A stretch of DNA of 64,000 nucleotides from Candidatus Latescibacterota bacterium (GCA_965219995.1 CBDCOX010000002.1:4448001-4512000); one strand, 5' to 3'; shown: positions 49,605 to 60,454, counted from the stretch's first letter. Made by a program: numbers and translations. Notes: a model not told the origin generated them from the letters alone.

Positions 49605-49747
49605 GAAGTTGATTATAACGTTAAATTATTGTTTATTAATATTATAAATAGAAAATCCCAAAGAAAGGCCGCCCGGGATGTTGGCGTGAAACGCCTGCCC
49701 GGGCGGCCAAATCCGCCACTTCGAATTCGGTGAGAGGGAAGAATAAA

Positions 49748-49772
49748 GGGCAACCACAAGGGTTGCCCCTAC
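49748..49772 (-). repeat. GTAG-type REP
   Basis: GTAGGGGCAACCCTTGTGGTTGCCC on the minus strand; a related copy GTGGGGGCGACCC...ATCGCCC lies at 43341-43365. Confidence 0.75.
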
Positions 49773-49829
49773 ACCTGCAAGCCATCCGGAAGGTTTTTGG
49801 TGGCAGAGCAGTCTATATGATTCAGGCGT

Positions 49830-50945
49830 TCACGTTGCCACGCGGGCGTCGGCCAAAGACCTGGCCCCATGCGTGGGTTTGCCGCCGGAGCGGCGCGCCT
49901 GGATGAGTTCGGAGACCACGCTGATGGCGATTTCCTCCGGGGAATCCGCGCCAATGTCCAGCCCGATGGGCGCGTGAATCTCGTCGAGGCGCTCCCTGCT
50001 GATTCCCTTCGCCTCCAGCTCCTTCCACATCAACGCGATCTTGCGCCTGCTGCCGATCATGCCGATGTAGGCGGCGTCCGTCCATACCGCCTGTTCCACC
50101 ACCGGCTTGTCGTGCTGGTGCCCCCGCGTCACCGCCGCGATATAGGACAGGTCGTCGATTTCCAGATGTTCGAACGCCGTCTCCATGTCCAGCGTGAGGG
50201 TCTCGTCCGCCATCGGAAAGCGCTCCTTATTGGCGAACATGGGGCGGTCGTCGATGACGACGATTCGAAAACCCACGGTGGCCGCGATCCGGGCGATGGC
50301 GAACGAAACGTGCCCGCCGCCGAACAAATAGAGCGTGGGCTCCGGGCAGACCGACTCCATGAAGACCTTCAAGGGGCCGCCGGAATCGGCCGCGTACAGC
50401 GAGACCACCTCCAGCAGGTCCTCCGGAATCGTTACCATTTCCGCCACTTCGCTCAGGATCGCGTTGTCGGCCTCCGGGCACCCCAGCGACCCCACGGTTG
50501 TCCCGTCGGCGCGCACCAGGAGCTTGGCGCCCCACTTCGAGGGATCCCCTCCGGAAACGAGTGTGGCCAGCACCGCCGATTCCCGTGTCTTTCGGACCTC
50601 CGCCACGGTCTCGAGCATGTCTTCGGACTGTCCCCGGTACAGAGGCTCCGTGAAAATCTCAACGTTGCCGCCACAGTTCAATCCGTTTTCGCCCGCATGT
50701 TCCTCGGTCAGGATAAAGCGCTGAAGCGTGGGAACACCCGTTTCCATCACGTCACGGGCTTCGGCCCAGACGTCCGCCTCGAGGCAACCGCCGCCAACCG
50801 TACCCACAATCCGGCCGTCGGGACGCACCAGCATCTTGGCCTTCTTGCTCATTGGCAAGGATCCCTTGCTGGAGACAATCGTCGACAGCGCGGCGTTCTG
50901 TCCTGACGAAATCAGGTCCAGGGCTTCTGAGAACACGTCCTTCAT
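49830..50945 (-). CDS. XdhC/CoxF family molybdoenzyme maturation factor
   Basis: GTVGGGCLE, GLNCGG, LFGGGHV, TRGHQHD, YIGMIGSRRK, APIGLDIGA.SPEEIAIS. Confidence 0.92.
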   Translation of the reverse strand: MKDVFSEALDLISSGQNAALSTIVSSKGSLPMSKKAKMLVRPDGRIVGTVGGGCLEADVWAEARDVMETGVPTLQRFILTEEHAGENGLNCGGNVEIFTEPLYRGQSEDMLETVAEVRKTRESAVLATLVSGGDPSKWGAKLLVRADGTTVGSLGCPEADNAILSEVAEMVTIPEDLLEVVSLYAADSGGPLKVFMESVCPEPTLYLFGGGHVSFAIARIAATVGFRIVVIDDRPMFANKERFPMADETLTLDMETAFEHLEIDDLSYIAAVTRGHQHDKPVVEQAVWTDAAYIGMIGSRRKIALMWKELEAKGISRERLDEIHAPIGLDIGADSPEEIAISVVSELIQARRSGGKPTHGARSLADARVAT

Positions 50946-51012
50946 CAGAACCACCCCCTTCTGAATTCCGGATGACGGATTTGGGATTCGGTGAATTTGA
51001 GCATCGCCGGTC

Positions 51013-52170
51013 TCATCGCCAGACCGAACGCAACGTCTTCGCCAGCTGCACGAGACTCTCCAGATTGTGCGCGGCCATGAAATGATCCAGGTAGGGCAAC
51101 GCCGTCTTCATGCCCAGACAAAGCGGCTGGTACCCGGGGCTGCCCAGCAAAGGGTTCAACCACATCAGCTTATGGACGCGTCTGCGAAGCCGCTCCATTT
51201 CCCGCCGCATGAGGTCCGCGTCTCCGCGGTCCCAGCCGTCGCTGACGATGATCATGACGGTCTTGGCTTTCAACATCTCCCGGGCGAACCGGTCGTTGAA
51301 CTCCCGCAGACAGCCGCCGATATCCGTTCCCCCGGCCCAGTCGTGGACCGTATCCGCCACCTCCCGGAGCGACTCCTCCACGCTCTTGTTCTTCAGCAGC
51401 CTGGAGATCGGGGTCATCCGCGTGGAGAAAACCCCCACCTCGACGTCGCGTATTTCCCGCTTCAGCGCGTAGATGAATTGAATCAGGAACTGGCTGTAGC
51501 AGTCCATGGACCCGCTGACGTCGCACAGCAGCATCAGCTTCGTTTTCTTGATCCGCCGCCTGCGCCGTGCGAGGGCGACACCGTCCCGCCCGTACAGGGC
51601 GTTTCTGCGCCAGGTCCTCCTGAAGTCAATCTCCACGCCCCGTTTCTGCGGCTCCCGCCGCCGGCTGCGCCGGTTTGCGATGATGTCCACAATCTGTGCG
51701 ATGACCTGCCTGGCTTTCTCGATTTCCTTGTCGCTCATGGCCGCCAGGTCCTTGCTCATCAACGCTTCCTCGGGGCTGTACCCCACCTCCTCGGAGTCAC
51801 CCTCCCCGTCCGTGTCCTCCTCCTCCGTGACGGTGTCGACCGGCTCGTCGAGTTGATCGGACACTTCCAGGTTCTGATCGTCTTCGTCGTCCGCGACCTC
51901 CATCTCCATGGTGCTGACCGGAGCGCTCCAGAATGCGTGAAATACGCGATCGAACGTGTCCAGGTCGTCGAAGCGGGACACCAGCGTGGCCCTCGCGGCC
52001 GCGTAGAAATCGCCGCGCCTGCCGATGTCGATGAACCTGAAACTCTGACAGAAGTCGATCAGATTGCCGGAATTCACATCCACACCGGCCCTGTGCAGGG
52101 CCCGCGAAAAGGCCACAACCCGGCCCATCATACTCCTGTCTTCAACCCGTCCTGCATTCATGCGGTCCAA
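51013..52170 (-). CDS. CoxE-like VWA protein
   Basis: LCDVSGSM MIDAS motif, WAGGTDIG, SDGWDRG, WLNPL. Confidence 0.9.
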   Translation of the reverse strand: MDRMNAGRVEDRSMMGRVVAFSRALHRAGVDVNSGNLIDFCQSFRFIDIGRRGDFYAAARATLVSRFDDLDTFDRVFHAFWSAPVSTMEMEVADDEDDQNLEVSDQLDEPVDTVTEEEDTDGEGDSEEVGYSPEEALMSKDLAAMSDKEIEKARQVIAQIVDIIANRRSRRREPQKRGVEIDFRRTWRRNALYGRDGVALARRRRRIKKTKLMLLCDVSGSMDCYSQFLIQFIYALKREIRDVEVGVFSTRMTPISRLLKNKSVEESLREVADTVHDWAGGTDIGGCLREFNDRFAREMLKAKTVMIIVSDGWDRGDADLMRREMERLRRRVHKLMWLNPLLGSPGYQPLCLGMKTALPYLDHFMAAHNLESLVQLAKTLRSVWR

Positions 52171-52202
52171 TCCCCGGAATCGCTCCTGATTACGTTTTCG
52201 CG

Positions 52203-53117
52203 TCAGTTCTTCAGCCGCATCGCCCGATCCTTCAAGGCCCGCGCCTTTTCGATGATCTGCGGCAGGCCGTCCTCCTGGAGCTTTTCAATGTCCTCCTTGT
52301 ACTTCAGCACGCAGCCCAGCGTGGCGTTGACGGTGTCGGAATCGAGGTCGTCGATTTCCATCTGCATCAGCGCCAGCGCCCAATCGATGGTTTCCGCGAT
52401 CCCCGGGCGCTTGTAGAAATCCCGTGTGCGCATCAGCTGCATGAACCCGCACACCTGCTGGGCAAGGCCCGTTTGAATGCGGGGAACCCGTGAGGCGACG
52501 ATTTCCATCTCTTTCTTGAACGTGGGATAGTCGATCCACAGATAGAGGCAGCGCCGCTTGAGCGCATCGTGCAGTTCGCGGGTGCGGTTGGAGGTGAGCA
52601 CCACAAACGGCACCTTCTGCGCGGAAATCGTGCCGATCTCCGGGATGGTAATCTGGAAATCCGACAGCACTTCCAGCAGAAATGCCTCGAACTCCTCGTC
52701 CGACCGGTCCACCTCGTCGATCAGCAGCACGGGCGGGTTGCTTCCGCTGCCCTGAATGGCCCGGAGAAGCGGTCGTTTCAGCAGGAAGTCCTCGCTGAAA
52801 ATACTGCGGCCGATCTCCTGTTTTTCGATGCCCCGGGCCTCTTCCAGGCGCATCTCCAGCATCTGTCTCGGATAGTTCCACTCGTACAGAGCCGTATTGG
52901 CATCCAGGCCCTCGTAACACTGCAGCCGGATCAGGTCCGTTTCCAGGATCTGCGCCATGACCTTGGCGACCTCTGTCTTTCCTACCCCCGGCTCTCCCTC
53001 CAGAAAAATCGGTTTTCCCAGCGCCACGGCCAGGTAGACCGTTGTGGCAAGCGTCCGATCGGCGATATACCCCTCCCGACCGAACCGCGTCTCCACTTCC
53101 TCGATTGATTTTAACAT
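52203..53117 (-). CDS. CoxD-like MoxR AAA+ ATPase
   Basis: LEGEPGVGKT, RLQCYEG, LIDEVD, TSNRTRELHDALKRRC. Confidence 0.92.
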   Translation of the reverse strand: MLKSIEEVETRFGREGYIADRTLATTVYLAVALGKPIFLEGEPGVGKTEVAKVMAQILETDLIRLQCYEGLDANTALYEWNYPRQMLEMRLEEARGIEKQEIGRSIFSEDFLLKRPLLRAIQGSGSNPPVLLIDEVDRSDEEFEAFLLEVLSDFQITIPEIGTISAQKVPFVVLTSNRTRELHDALKRRCLYLWIDYPTFKKEMEIVASRVPRIQTGLAQQVCGFMQLMRTRDFYKRPGIAETIDWALALMQMEIDDLDSDTVNATLGCVLKYKEDIEKLQEDGLPQIIEKARALKDRAMRLKN

Positions 53118-53138
53118 CCGACCCGTTTCTCCCCTTTC

Positions 53139-53693
53139 TCAGCCCCGGGACCGATCCATCGAACGGCTGCTTTCCTCAGATCGCGCCACCCACGCGCGAA
53201 GCGCTTCGACCGTACTTCGAAACGCCAACTCAGACCAGGGAATGCGGCCTGGAGGGTACGTCCGGACTTCCAACGTCTCGAAGTTTCCCTTCAGATTGCC
53301 TCCGACCACGACGCCCGTGTACACAACCAGTACCGTTGTTTCATTGGGGTACGAATAGATGCCGAGCAGGTCTTCGATCTCGACCTCCAGCCCGACCTCT
53401 TCCATGGCTTCCCGCGCCGCCGCGGATTTCACCGGTTCGCCGCGGTCGACGTATCCGCCCGGAAAGACCCATTTCCCCATCCCGGGTTCGATGCCCCGCT
53501 TCAGGAGCACAAGCTCTTCATTCAGCGTTACGATCACGCCGGCAGCCACTTTCGGGTCCAGGTAGACCACGAAGCCGCAGGCCGGACAGACGGGGCGAAT
53601 GCGGTCATCGACCGGTTTCAACACCAGCGCCGCGCTGCATCTTTCGCAGAATCGGGCGCCGTCGGCGTGATGCGCGGTATGGTCGCTCGCCAC
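53139..53693 (-). CDS. NUDIX hydrolase with N-terminal zinc ribbon
   Basis: FCERC...CPACG; Nudix box GGYVDRGEPVKSAAAREAMEEVGL. Start uncertain (GTG 53693; ORF track 53783). Confidence 0.85.
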   Translation of the reverse strand: MASDHTAHHADGARFCERCSAALVLKPVDDRIRPVCPACGFVVYLDPKVAAGVIVTLNEELVLLKRGIEPGMGKWVFPGGYVDRGEPVKSAAAREAMEEVGLEVEIEDLLGIYSYPNETTVLVVYTGVVVGGNLKGNFETLEVRTYPPGRIPWSELAFRSTVEALRAWVARSEESSRSMDRSRG

Positions 53694-53868
53694 CGGGAAG
53701 AGGCCCTCCAGCCAGTGTTCTGTCCCGGAAACAAGCCGCCTGAATCTGCGGAAGAATGGTGAGGTATTTTCGGGACAGAACACCAGTTGCGCCTGAACGT
53801 CTAAATATACGGGTTTGGAACTGCTTCACAAGCCCTTTTTCCTAACCATGCAGCCTTGGGCTATCCAC

Positions 53869-53891
53869 AAAAAACCGCAGCCGGCTTGCGG
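53869..53891 (-). terminator. Probable terminator of the pst-phoU operon
   Basis: CCGCA-AGCCGGC-TGCGG-TTTTTT on the minus strand. Confidence 0.6.
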
Positions 53892-53976
53892 CATGCGTTC
53901 GTAAATTCAGACGTGGGGCCATCGGCTTCACGCGGCTCGACGCAGTGCGTTCGTCAGGGTTCGTCCAAACCCTGAT

Positions 53977-54657
53977 TTATTCTTCCTCTCCGATATTCTC
54001 CTTCTGGTGACGCACGATCCGGCCCTGCACCAGGAACACCGCGTTCTCGGCGATGTTGGACGCGTGGTCGCCCATCCGCTCAAGATGCCTGGAGACCAGA
54101 ATCAGGTGAATCGCCCGATCGACCGCATCCGCTTCCTCCGGGTAATGCAGATAGGTCAGCAATTCTCTGAAGATCTGATCCCTGAGCGCATCCACCACGT
54201 CGTCTCGACGACGCACGTCGTTTGCCAGGTCCACGTTCCGGTTGACAAAGGCGTCCAACGCATCCTTGACCATGCCCCGGACGAGTTCCGCCATTCTGGG
54301 GATGTCGATCAGCGGCTTCAGGAGGGTTGCCCGGTTCAATACAAACGCCCGCTGTGCGATATTCACCGACTGATCGTTGATCCTTTCCAGGTCGTAATTG
54401 ATCTTCATCAGGGTCGCCATCAGGCGCAAGTCGCCGGCCACGGGCTGCCGCACCGCCAGCAGCTTCAGGCACGCATCTTCGATGCGTACCTCCCAATCGT
54501 CAATTGCCGCGCCGCCGGCAACTACGGTATTGGCGAGATCGTTATCCCGTTCGAGCAAGCTCTTCACGGCCTGGTCGATGGACGCCTCCACCGCGCCGCC
54601 CATTGCCAGCAACTCGCTCTTCAACTGTTCCAACTGCTGATCCAATGTCCGTTCCAT
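53977..54657 (-). CDS. phoU: Phosphate signalling complex protein PhoU
   Basis: QPVAGDLR, DLERIND, LERMGDHASNIAE. Confidence 0.95.
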   Translation of the reverse strand: MERTLDQQLEQLKSELLAMGGAVEASIDQAVKSLLERDNDLANTVVAGGAAIDDWEVRIEDACLKLLAVRQPVAGDLRLMATLMKINYDLERINDQSVNIAQRAFVLNRATLLKPLIDIPRMAELVRGMVKDALDAFVNRNVDLANDVRRRDDVVDALRDQIFRELLTYLHYPEEADAVDRAIHLILVSRHLERMGDHASNIAENAVFLVQGRIVRHQKENIGEEE

Positions 54658-54695
54658 TATCAGCCCCGTTCGTTGAAGTCCGACCGACCTGACGG

Positions 54696-55490
54696 CTATC
54701 CGAACCTGCCGGTCACATAGTCCTCCGTCTGTTGCAGATTCGGGTTCGTAAACATCTCTTCGGTACGAGCGTATTCAACCAGCTTGCCGAGGTAGAAGAA
54801 TGCTGTCCGGTCCGAGATACGGGAAGCCTGCTGGAGATTGTGGGTCACAATCACGATCGTATACCGGCTCTTCAACTCATTGATCGTCTCTTCAATGCGT
54901 CCGGTGGCGATCGGATCCAGCGCGGAACAGGGCTCGTCCATCAGGATTACCGACGGCTCCACCGCGATCGCGCGCGCGATGCAGAGGCGCTGCTGCTGTC
55001 CCCCGGACAACCCCAGCGCGGACTCGTCGAGTCGATCCTTGACCTCGTCCCAGAGTGCCGCCGCCCGGAGGCTTTTCTCGGCCACCTCATCCAGAACGGG
55101 ACGCCGGTTCTCCCCGGCGATGCGCAACCCGTACACGACGTTTTCGAAGATTGACTTGGGAAACGGATTCGACTTTTGAAACACCATACCCACCAACCGC
55201 CGGAGTGATATGACATCGTATCCCTGGGCGTAGATGTCTTCTCCCTCGATCCGGACCCCGCCATCGATCCTTACCGAGTCGATCAGATCGTTCAAACGGT
55301 TCATACAGCGGAGCAACGTAGACTTCCCGCAACCGGACGGTCCGATAAACGCGGTGACGTTGTGCCGGGGTACGTTCAGACTGATGTCGAACAGCGCCTG
55401 GGCGTCGCCGTAGTGCAGACTCAGGGATTCGACCTCGACGACCGGTTTCTCAGGTGCGGTGTCGACCTGCTTCGTGGGTTCCACGCCCAT
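54696..55490 (-). CDS. pstB: Phosphate ABC transporter ATPase
   Basis: [40 protein letters not shown]. Confidence 0.96.
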   Translation of the reverse strand: MGVEPTKQVDTAPEKPVVEVESLSLHYGDAQALFDISLNVPRHNVTAFIGPSGCGKSTLLRCMNRLNDLIDSVRIDGGVRIEGEDIYAQGYDVISLRRLVGMVFQKSNPFPKSIFENVVYGLRIAGENRRPVLDEVAEKSLRAAALWDEVKDRLDESALGLSGGQQQRLCIARAIAVEPSVILMDEPCSALDPIATGRIEETINELKSRYTIVIVTHNLQQASRISDRTAFFYLGKLVEYARTEEMFTNPNLQQTEDYVTGRFG

Positions 55491-55540
55491 CCTTATTGAC
55501 TCCCGATTGAAAGACCGTCTGGAGAGCTGTCGAAATGCCG

Positions 55541-57145
55541 CTACAGTCCGACTCTCTGGTATCGTTTGCGCAAGCGCGACCTGACCTGGATCGCCGTCAG
55601 ATTCAGCGCCAGCACGATAAACATCAGCAACAGCGTGGTGGTATACACCATCGGGCGGGCGGCCTCGACATTGGGCGACTGGAATCCTACGTCATAGATG
55701 TGAAAGCCCAGATGCATGAACTTGCGCTCCAGGTGAAAAAACGGCCAGTTGCCGTCCACGGGCAGCGTGGGCGCGAGCTTCACCACCCCCGTAATCATCA
55801 ACGGCGCAACCTCGCCCGCGCCTCTGGCCACCACCAGCACGATTCCGGTCAGAATGCCGGGTAACGCCGCGGGAAGAACGACGCGCCAGATGGTCTGGAA
55901 CTGGGTCGCACCCAGCGCAAGAGAACCCTCCCGGACCTCTCCGGGCACGGATGCCAGCGCCTCCTCAGAAGCCACGATCATCACCGGTACGGTCAACAGC
56001 GCCAGCGTCAGCGAGGCCCACAGAATGCCCCCGGTTCCGAACGTGGGCGCAGGCAGCGCCTCGGGGAAAAAGAGCAGGTCCAGACTCCCGCCCACTCCGT
56101 AGACGAAGAATCCGAGTCCGAACATGCCGAAGACGATCGAAGGTACTCCAGCGAGGTTATTCACCGCGATCCGGATCGCCCGCACCAAGGGCCCCTGCTT
56201 CGCGTATTCACGCAGATACAGCGCCGCCAGGACGCCAAACGGCACGGCCGCCAGACTCATCAGAATGACCATCATGACCGTACCGAAGATCGCGGGAAAC
56301 ACGCCGCCTTCGGTGTTGGACTCGCGCGGTTCCGCGGAGAGGAATTCCCAGACCCTCTCCAGGTATATGCCCGTCTTGCCAAAGACACCCAACCGGTTGG
56401 GCCGATACGCGCGCACGACGTCAGCCACCGCCAACCGTCGTATCTCTCCGCCAGCCAGCCGGACCTCCAAATGAGGGACTTCGCTCTCCGCCCTGAGTCG
56501 GTTCAGGTCAGCGGCCAACGATTCATAGCGCGTCCAATATCGGCGGCTTGCCGCGTCCAGCTGCGAAATCCGTTCCTGCTGCGCGTCATCCGCCAGTTCA
56601 CGCCTTCGTTTTTCCAGGCGAAGCTGTTCGATTCGCCGGTTGAGATCCGATATGGCGTTGTACTCGATGTCGCGGATTCGATCCAGAAGCACGCCCGTTC
56701 GCCGCATCTGCTTCTGAAACGCCGCCCAGCCGGCCGTGCCGCCTCCGGCGACTCTCTCCTCACCCTCGAACACGCCGTCCAGAAACCCGAACAATTTTCC
56801 CCATTCGCGCCGCTCAAACACAACCGCGCTCTCGGGAAATGTCCGGTCCTGAATCCGCGACTCGTCGATCCACCGGAAGTCAACGCCGTATACGTCCCGG
56901 TTCGCCATTTTCAGTTGAACCCGGAATTCCCCGTCCCGGTTGGGAATCTCCTGCCTGTCCCACAACTGCCCCATCACAACCGCGTTGTCTTTCAGGCCAA
57001 TTGCGGTCAGGTCGGCCGGCCAGAAAAAGCCGAGCCCGTTATAGACTACCAGGCCGATCAGCCCGACGATCATCAGCACACAGAAGGCCAGCGCACCGCC
57101 CGTCAGCCAGATATATGCCTGCCCTGATTTCCAGAATCCGTTCAT
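55541..57145 (-). CDS. pstA: Phosphate ABC permease PstA (long form)
   Basis: [39 protein letters not shown]. Confidence 0.93.
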   Translation of the reverse strand: MNGFWKSGQAYIWLTGGALAFCVLMIVGLIGLVVYNGLGFFWPADLTAIGLKDNAVVMGQLWDRQEIPNRDGEFRVQLKMANRDVYGVDFRWIDESRIQDRTFPESAVVFERREWGKLFGFLDGVFEGEERVAGGGTAGWAAFQKQMRRTGVLLDRIRDIEYNAISDLNRRIEQLRLEKRRRELADDAQQERISQLDAASRRYWTRYESLAADLNRLRAESEVPHLEVRLAGGEIRRLAVADVVRAYRPNRLGVFGKTGIYLERVWEFLSAEPRESNTEGGVFPAIFGTVMMVILMSLAAVPFGVLAALYLREYAKQGPLVRAIRIAVNNLAGVPSIVFGMFGLGFFVYGVGGSLDLLFFPEALPAPTFGTGGILWASLTLALLTVPVMIVASEEALASVPGEVREGSLALGATQFQTIWRVVLPAALPGILTGIVLVVARGAGEVAPLMITGVVKLAPTLPVDGNWPFFHLERKFMHLGFHIYDVGFQSPNVEAARPMVYTTTLLLMFIVLALNLTAIQVRSRLRKRYQRVGL

Positions 57146-57171
57146 TCAACTCGCTCCGGACGGATCGGGAT

Positions 57172-59424
57172 TCATATCCTGCTGTACCGTTCGCGCAGCC
57201 GCTGCCGCACGATTTCCGCGAGGGTGTTGACGACGAAGGTGACTCCCGCAAGCAGCAGGCCGGTGAGAAACAGGACCCGGTAGAGTGTTCCTTCGTGCGG
57301 CGCCTCCGGGATTTCCACGGCGATATTGGCCGACATGGTGCGCATCCCGTTGAAGATGCTCCAGTCCATAATCGGCGTGTTCCCGGTCGCCATCAAGACG
57401 ATCATCGTTTCGCCGACCGCCCGCCCGAACCCGATCATCGTAGCAGAGAAAATGCCCGGACTGGCGGTCGGGAGCACGACGCGGACCGCCGTCTGCCACG
57501 GCGTGGCGCCCAGCGCCAGAGACCCGGCGCGAAGGTGTGACGGAACGCTCGTCAGCGCGTCTTCGCAGATCGTGTAAATGATGGGAATGACCGCAAAACC
57601 CATTGCGAATCCCACAACGATGCAATTCCTCTGGTCGTAGCGGGTCCCGGCGGAATCCGCGAGCCATCTCTGGAAATTCCCGCCCCACAATGCGCCTTCC
57701 AGCCATGGACCCAGGGCCAGTGCCAGCCAGATCCCGACGAGAGACACCAATACGTAGAAAATCTCCGGGCCCGGCAGACGGTTCATTGCGCGGCGCGGCA
57801 GCCGGGACCAGACCCAGGAAGCTGCAATTACCGTGAGCGCAACCGTCGGCAGCAGCAGCAGAACCCCCACCACCTGGCGTTCCAGCAACGGCGCCAGCCA
57901 GAGACCCCCCAGAAATCCGAGAATCACGCTTGGCAGCGATGCCATCAGCTCCACCGTGGGTTTGACGACGTTGCGCACGCTCGGGCGGGCGAACTCGGAC
58001 GTATAGATGGCGGCAAGTACAGCCAGCGGAAGGGCGAAAAACATCGCGTAGAACGTGCCCTTGGCCGTGCCGTACGCCAGGGGGACGATGCTCAGCTTCG
58101 ACTCGAATTCGTCGGTGCCGCCGGTGGACTGCCAGACGTACTCGGGTTCGGTATATCCCTCGTACCACAGTTTGCCGAACAGCGTTTTCAGCGTCACTTC
58201 CGGGTGCGGATTGGACAGCCGGTAATGGTTTAACGTGCGGCCGGCGTCCAGAGAAAGGAAGCCGTCTGCCTTGGGTGCGAACGCCAGATCGGTGACGCCG
58301 GATCCGTCCACCAGTTCGAAAAAAGTCTGACCAGATGTCATATGGTGCAGCATGACGTGTCCGCCCGCGCTACCGGTCAAAAACTGTTTGTCTCGGGCGG
58401 ACGGCGCAATCGCACGCACCGCCGTGCGATGGGACCGGAATTTGTGCACTCTCCGGAAAGTCGTAGAACCGCCCCCGGCAGGTCCGCGCACGGGTGACCA
58501 CGTACTCACGCGGCCTCCGGCGTCGCCGATCGCCACGGATACGTCGCCAAGCAAATACACGACCGCCGTAATCGCCAGGTCCGATGCACGAAATCGCTGC
58601 ACGAGGGACGGGGCCGCCTTGGCGTTCGAAACGTCCCAGCAGTACACCTCTCCGCGGTCCGTACCCGCCAGAAGACGGCGGCTGTTTCCGTCGACCAGAA
58701 CCGCTGTCGGCCTGCCGTCGACTTCATTCGTCAATTCGTGGACGTACGTGGCAAGCTTACCCCCGCCCAGCAGCCCCCTCTTTTTCTGTCTGCAGGCCAC
58801 GAGCAGCCGGCCGGACGCCGTGATTCCGGCCGCGGTGGACCGCCGTGCCCCGTCGGAGCGAAATACAACCTGAACGATCGGTTCGCCCATTACGTCCAAC
58901 GGCACATGTTCCTTGACCTGAAACTCGGGCGTGACCCGTCGTTTGCCATCCGGGTAGGTTATACGATAGTTTACCGCTGCCACGGCGACGCGGCCATCCG
59001 ACAACCCCAGACCATGATTTCCGTCGGTAAGCGACGAATGCACCGATATCACACGCCGGCCCCGAAATTCGTCGCCACGTACCCGGCTGATCGTTTCACC
59101 GGATGCCAGTCGGATAAAATCAATGCCTTCCGGCCGGACCAGAAACGCCACTTCACGATAGGGGTCCGTGTTTACGGCCAACGTCCGTTGGGCATCGCTT
59201 CGGTCGAGTGTGTGGCGATTCACAATCGTCGCCGGAGCAGGCGACAGGAATAGCGGAAAGGATTCACGAAATACGAAGGCCAGAATGCCCAGCACCACCA
59301 GGATGACCCCGACGCCGCCTATGGCGATCACCCATCGGCCGAGACGGTCCATTGTGCGCGCCGCGGGCGTGATGCCGGGGCGAGAACGGGGTCCGCCTGC
59401 ACTGTTTTGGCTCGGTTGCGCCAT
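57172..59424 (-). CDS. pstC: Phosphate ABC permease PstC (long form with beta-propeller-like domain)
   Basis: LWYEGY..P.YVWQSTGG, KPTVELMASLPSV, GRAVGETMIVLMATGN. Confidence 0.9.
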   Translation of the reverse strand: MAQPSQNSAGGPRSRPGITPAARTMDRLGRWVIAIGGVGVILVVLGILAFVFRESFPLFLSPAPATIVNRHTLDRSDAQRTLAVNTDPYREVAFLVRPEGIDFIRLASGETISRVRGDEFRGRRVISVHSSLTDGNHGLGLSDGRVAVAAVNYRITYPDGKRRVTPEFQVKEHVPLDVMGEPIVQVVFRSDGARRSTAAGITASGRLLVACRQKKRGLLGGGKLATYVHELTNEVDGRPTAVLVDGNSRRLLAGTDRGEVYCWDVSNAKAAPSLVQRFRASDLAITAVVYLLGDVSVAIGDAGGRVSTWSPVRGPAGGGSTTFRRVHKFRSHRTAVRAIAPSARDKQFLTGSAGGHVMLHHMTSGQTFFELVDGSGVTDLAFAPKADGFLSLDAGRTLNHYRLSNPHPEVTLKTLFGKLWYEGYTEPEYVWQSTGGTDEFESKLSIVPLAYGTAKGTFYAMFFALPLAVLAAIYTSEFARPSVRNVVKPTVELMASLPSVILGFLGGLWLAPLLERQVVGVLLLLPTVALTVIAASWVWSRLPRRAMNRLPGPEIFYVLVSLVGIWLALALGPWLEGALWGGNFQRWLADSAGTRYDQRNCIVVGFAMGFAVIPIIYTICEDALTSVPSHLRAGSLALGATPWQTAVRVVLPTASPGIFSATMIGFGRAVGETMIVLMATGNTPIMDWSIFNGMRTMSANIAVEIPEAPHEGTLYRVLFLTGLLLAGVTFVVNTLAEIVRQRLRERYSRI

Positions 59425-59476
59425 TTCCTGATCCTACGCCCTTCCTGCCGGACCCGGAACGGGGTTCGGCCGCGGG

Positions 59477-60454
59477 TTACATGCCGGACGCTTCCAGCTT
59501 CGCGAGTTCTTCTTTAACGACCTCGAACGGCACCGGCATGTAACCGTCCTTGATGATGACTTCCTGGCCTTCTCTTGAAAAGATGTACCTGCAGAACTCA
59601 CGCACCATCGGGTCCAGGGGCTTACCGGGAGTCTTGTTGATGTAGATGAACAGGAACCGGCCCAACGGATAAGTGCCGTCCAGTACATTCTCCATGCTGG
59701 CGTCTCTGAATCCATCCTCCGGATCCTCCGCAAGAGGCACCACACGCACATTCGACGTCCTGTATCCTATTCCACTGTATCCAATCCCGTACAGGTCTTC
59801 CGCCACACCCTGGACGACCGAAGCCGACCCCGGCTGTTCCTTGACCTCATCCTTGAAATCCCCCTTGGAAAGGGCGTTCTTCTTGAAGAAGCCATAGGTG
59901 CCGGAGGCCGAATTGCGGCCGTACATGCTGATCATCGCGGATGCTTCCTCTCCGGTCCATCCCACCTCGTTCCAGCGCGTGATGTCATTCGGATGGCCCT
60001 TTCGGCGGGTCTTCGAAAAAATCGCGTCGACCTGCTTCAGCGTCAATCCATTGACCGGATTGTCCTTGTTCACGAAAACCGCCAGTGCGTCCAGAGCCGT
60101 TCGCAACGCCGTGGGCGGGTAGCCGAATGCATGCTCGAACTTATCCACCTCCGTCGCCTTCATCGCACGGGACATGGGTCCGAACTGCGCCGTGCCTTCA
60201 ATCAGCGCCGGCGGAGCGGTGCTGGAACCCTTGCCTTCAATCTGGACGTTCACATTCGGATAGTATTTCCGAAAGCCCTCGAGCCACAGGGCCATCAGGT
60301 TATTCATTGTATCCGATCCGATGCTGCTGGCGCTTCCCGAAATTCCCCTCGCCTTTGTGTAGGCCGGAATTCGCGGGTCGACCTCCACGGTCTGCGCGCT
60401 TACAGGAACGACGGCGAACATCAGAAAGATCAGACCGGCGACTGTTTGAAACAT
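59477..60454 (-). CDS. pstS: Phosphate-binding protein PstS
   Basis: GSDTM, GKGSSTA, GRNSASGT, GIGYSGIGY, YPLGRFL. Confidence 0.93.
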   Translation of the reverse strand: MFQTVAGLIFLMFAVVPVSAQTVEVDPRIPAYTKARGISGSASSIGSDTMNNLMALWLEGFRKYYPNVNVQIEGKGSSTAPPALIEGTAQFGPMSRAMKATEVDKFEHAFGYPPTALRTALDALAVFVNKDNPVNGLTLKQVDAIFSKTRRKGHPNDITRWNEVGWTGEEASAMISMYGRNSASGTYGFFKKNALSKGDFKDEVKEQPGSASVVQGVAEDLYGIGYSGIGYRTSNVRVVPLAEDPEDGFRDASMENVLDGTYPLGRFLFIYINKTPGKPLDPMVREFCRYIFSREGQEVIIKDGYMPVPFEVVKEELAKLEASGM

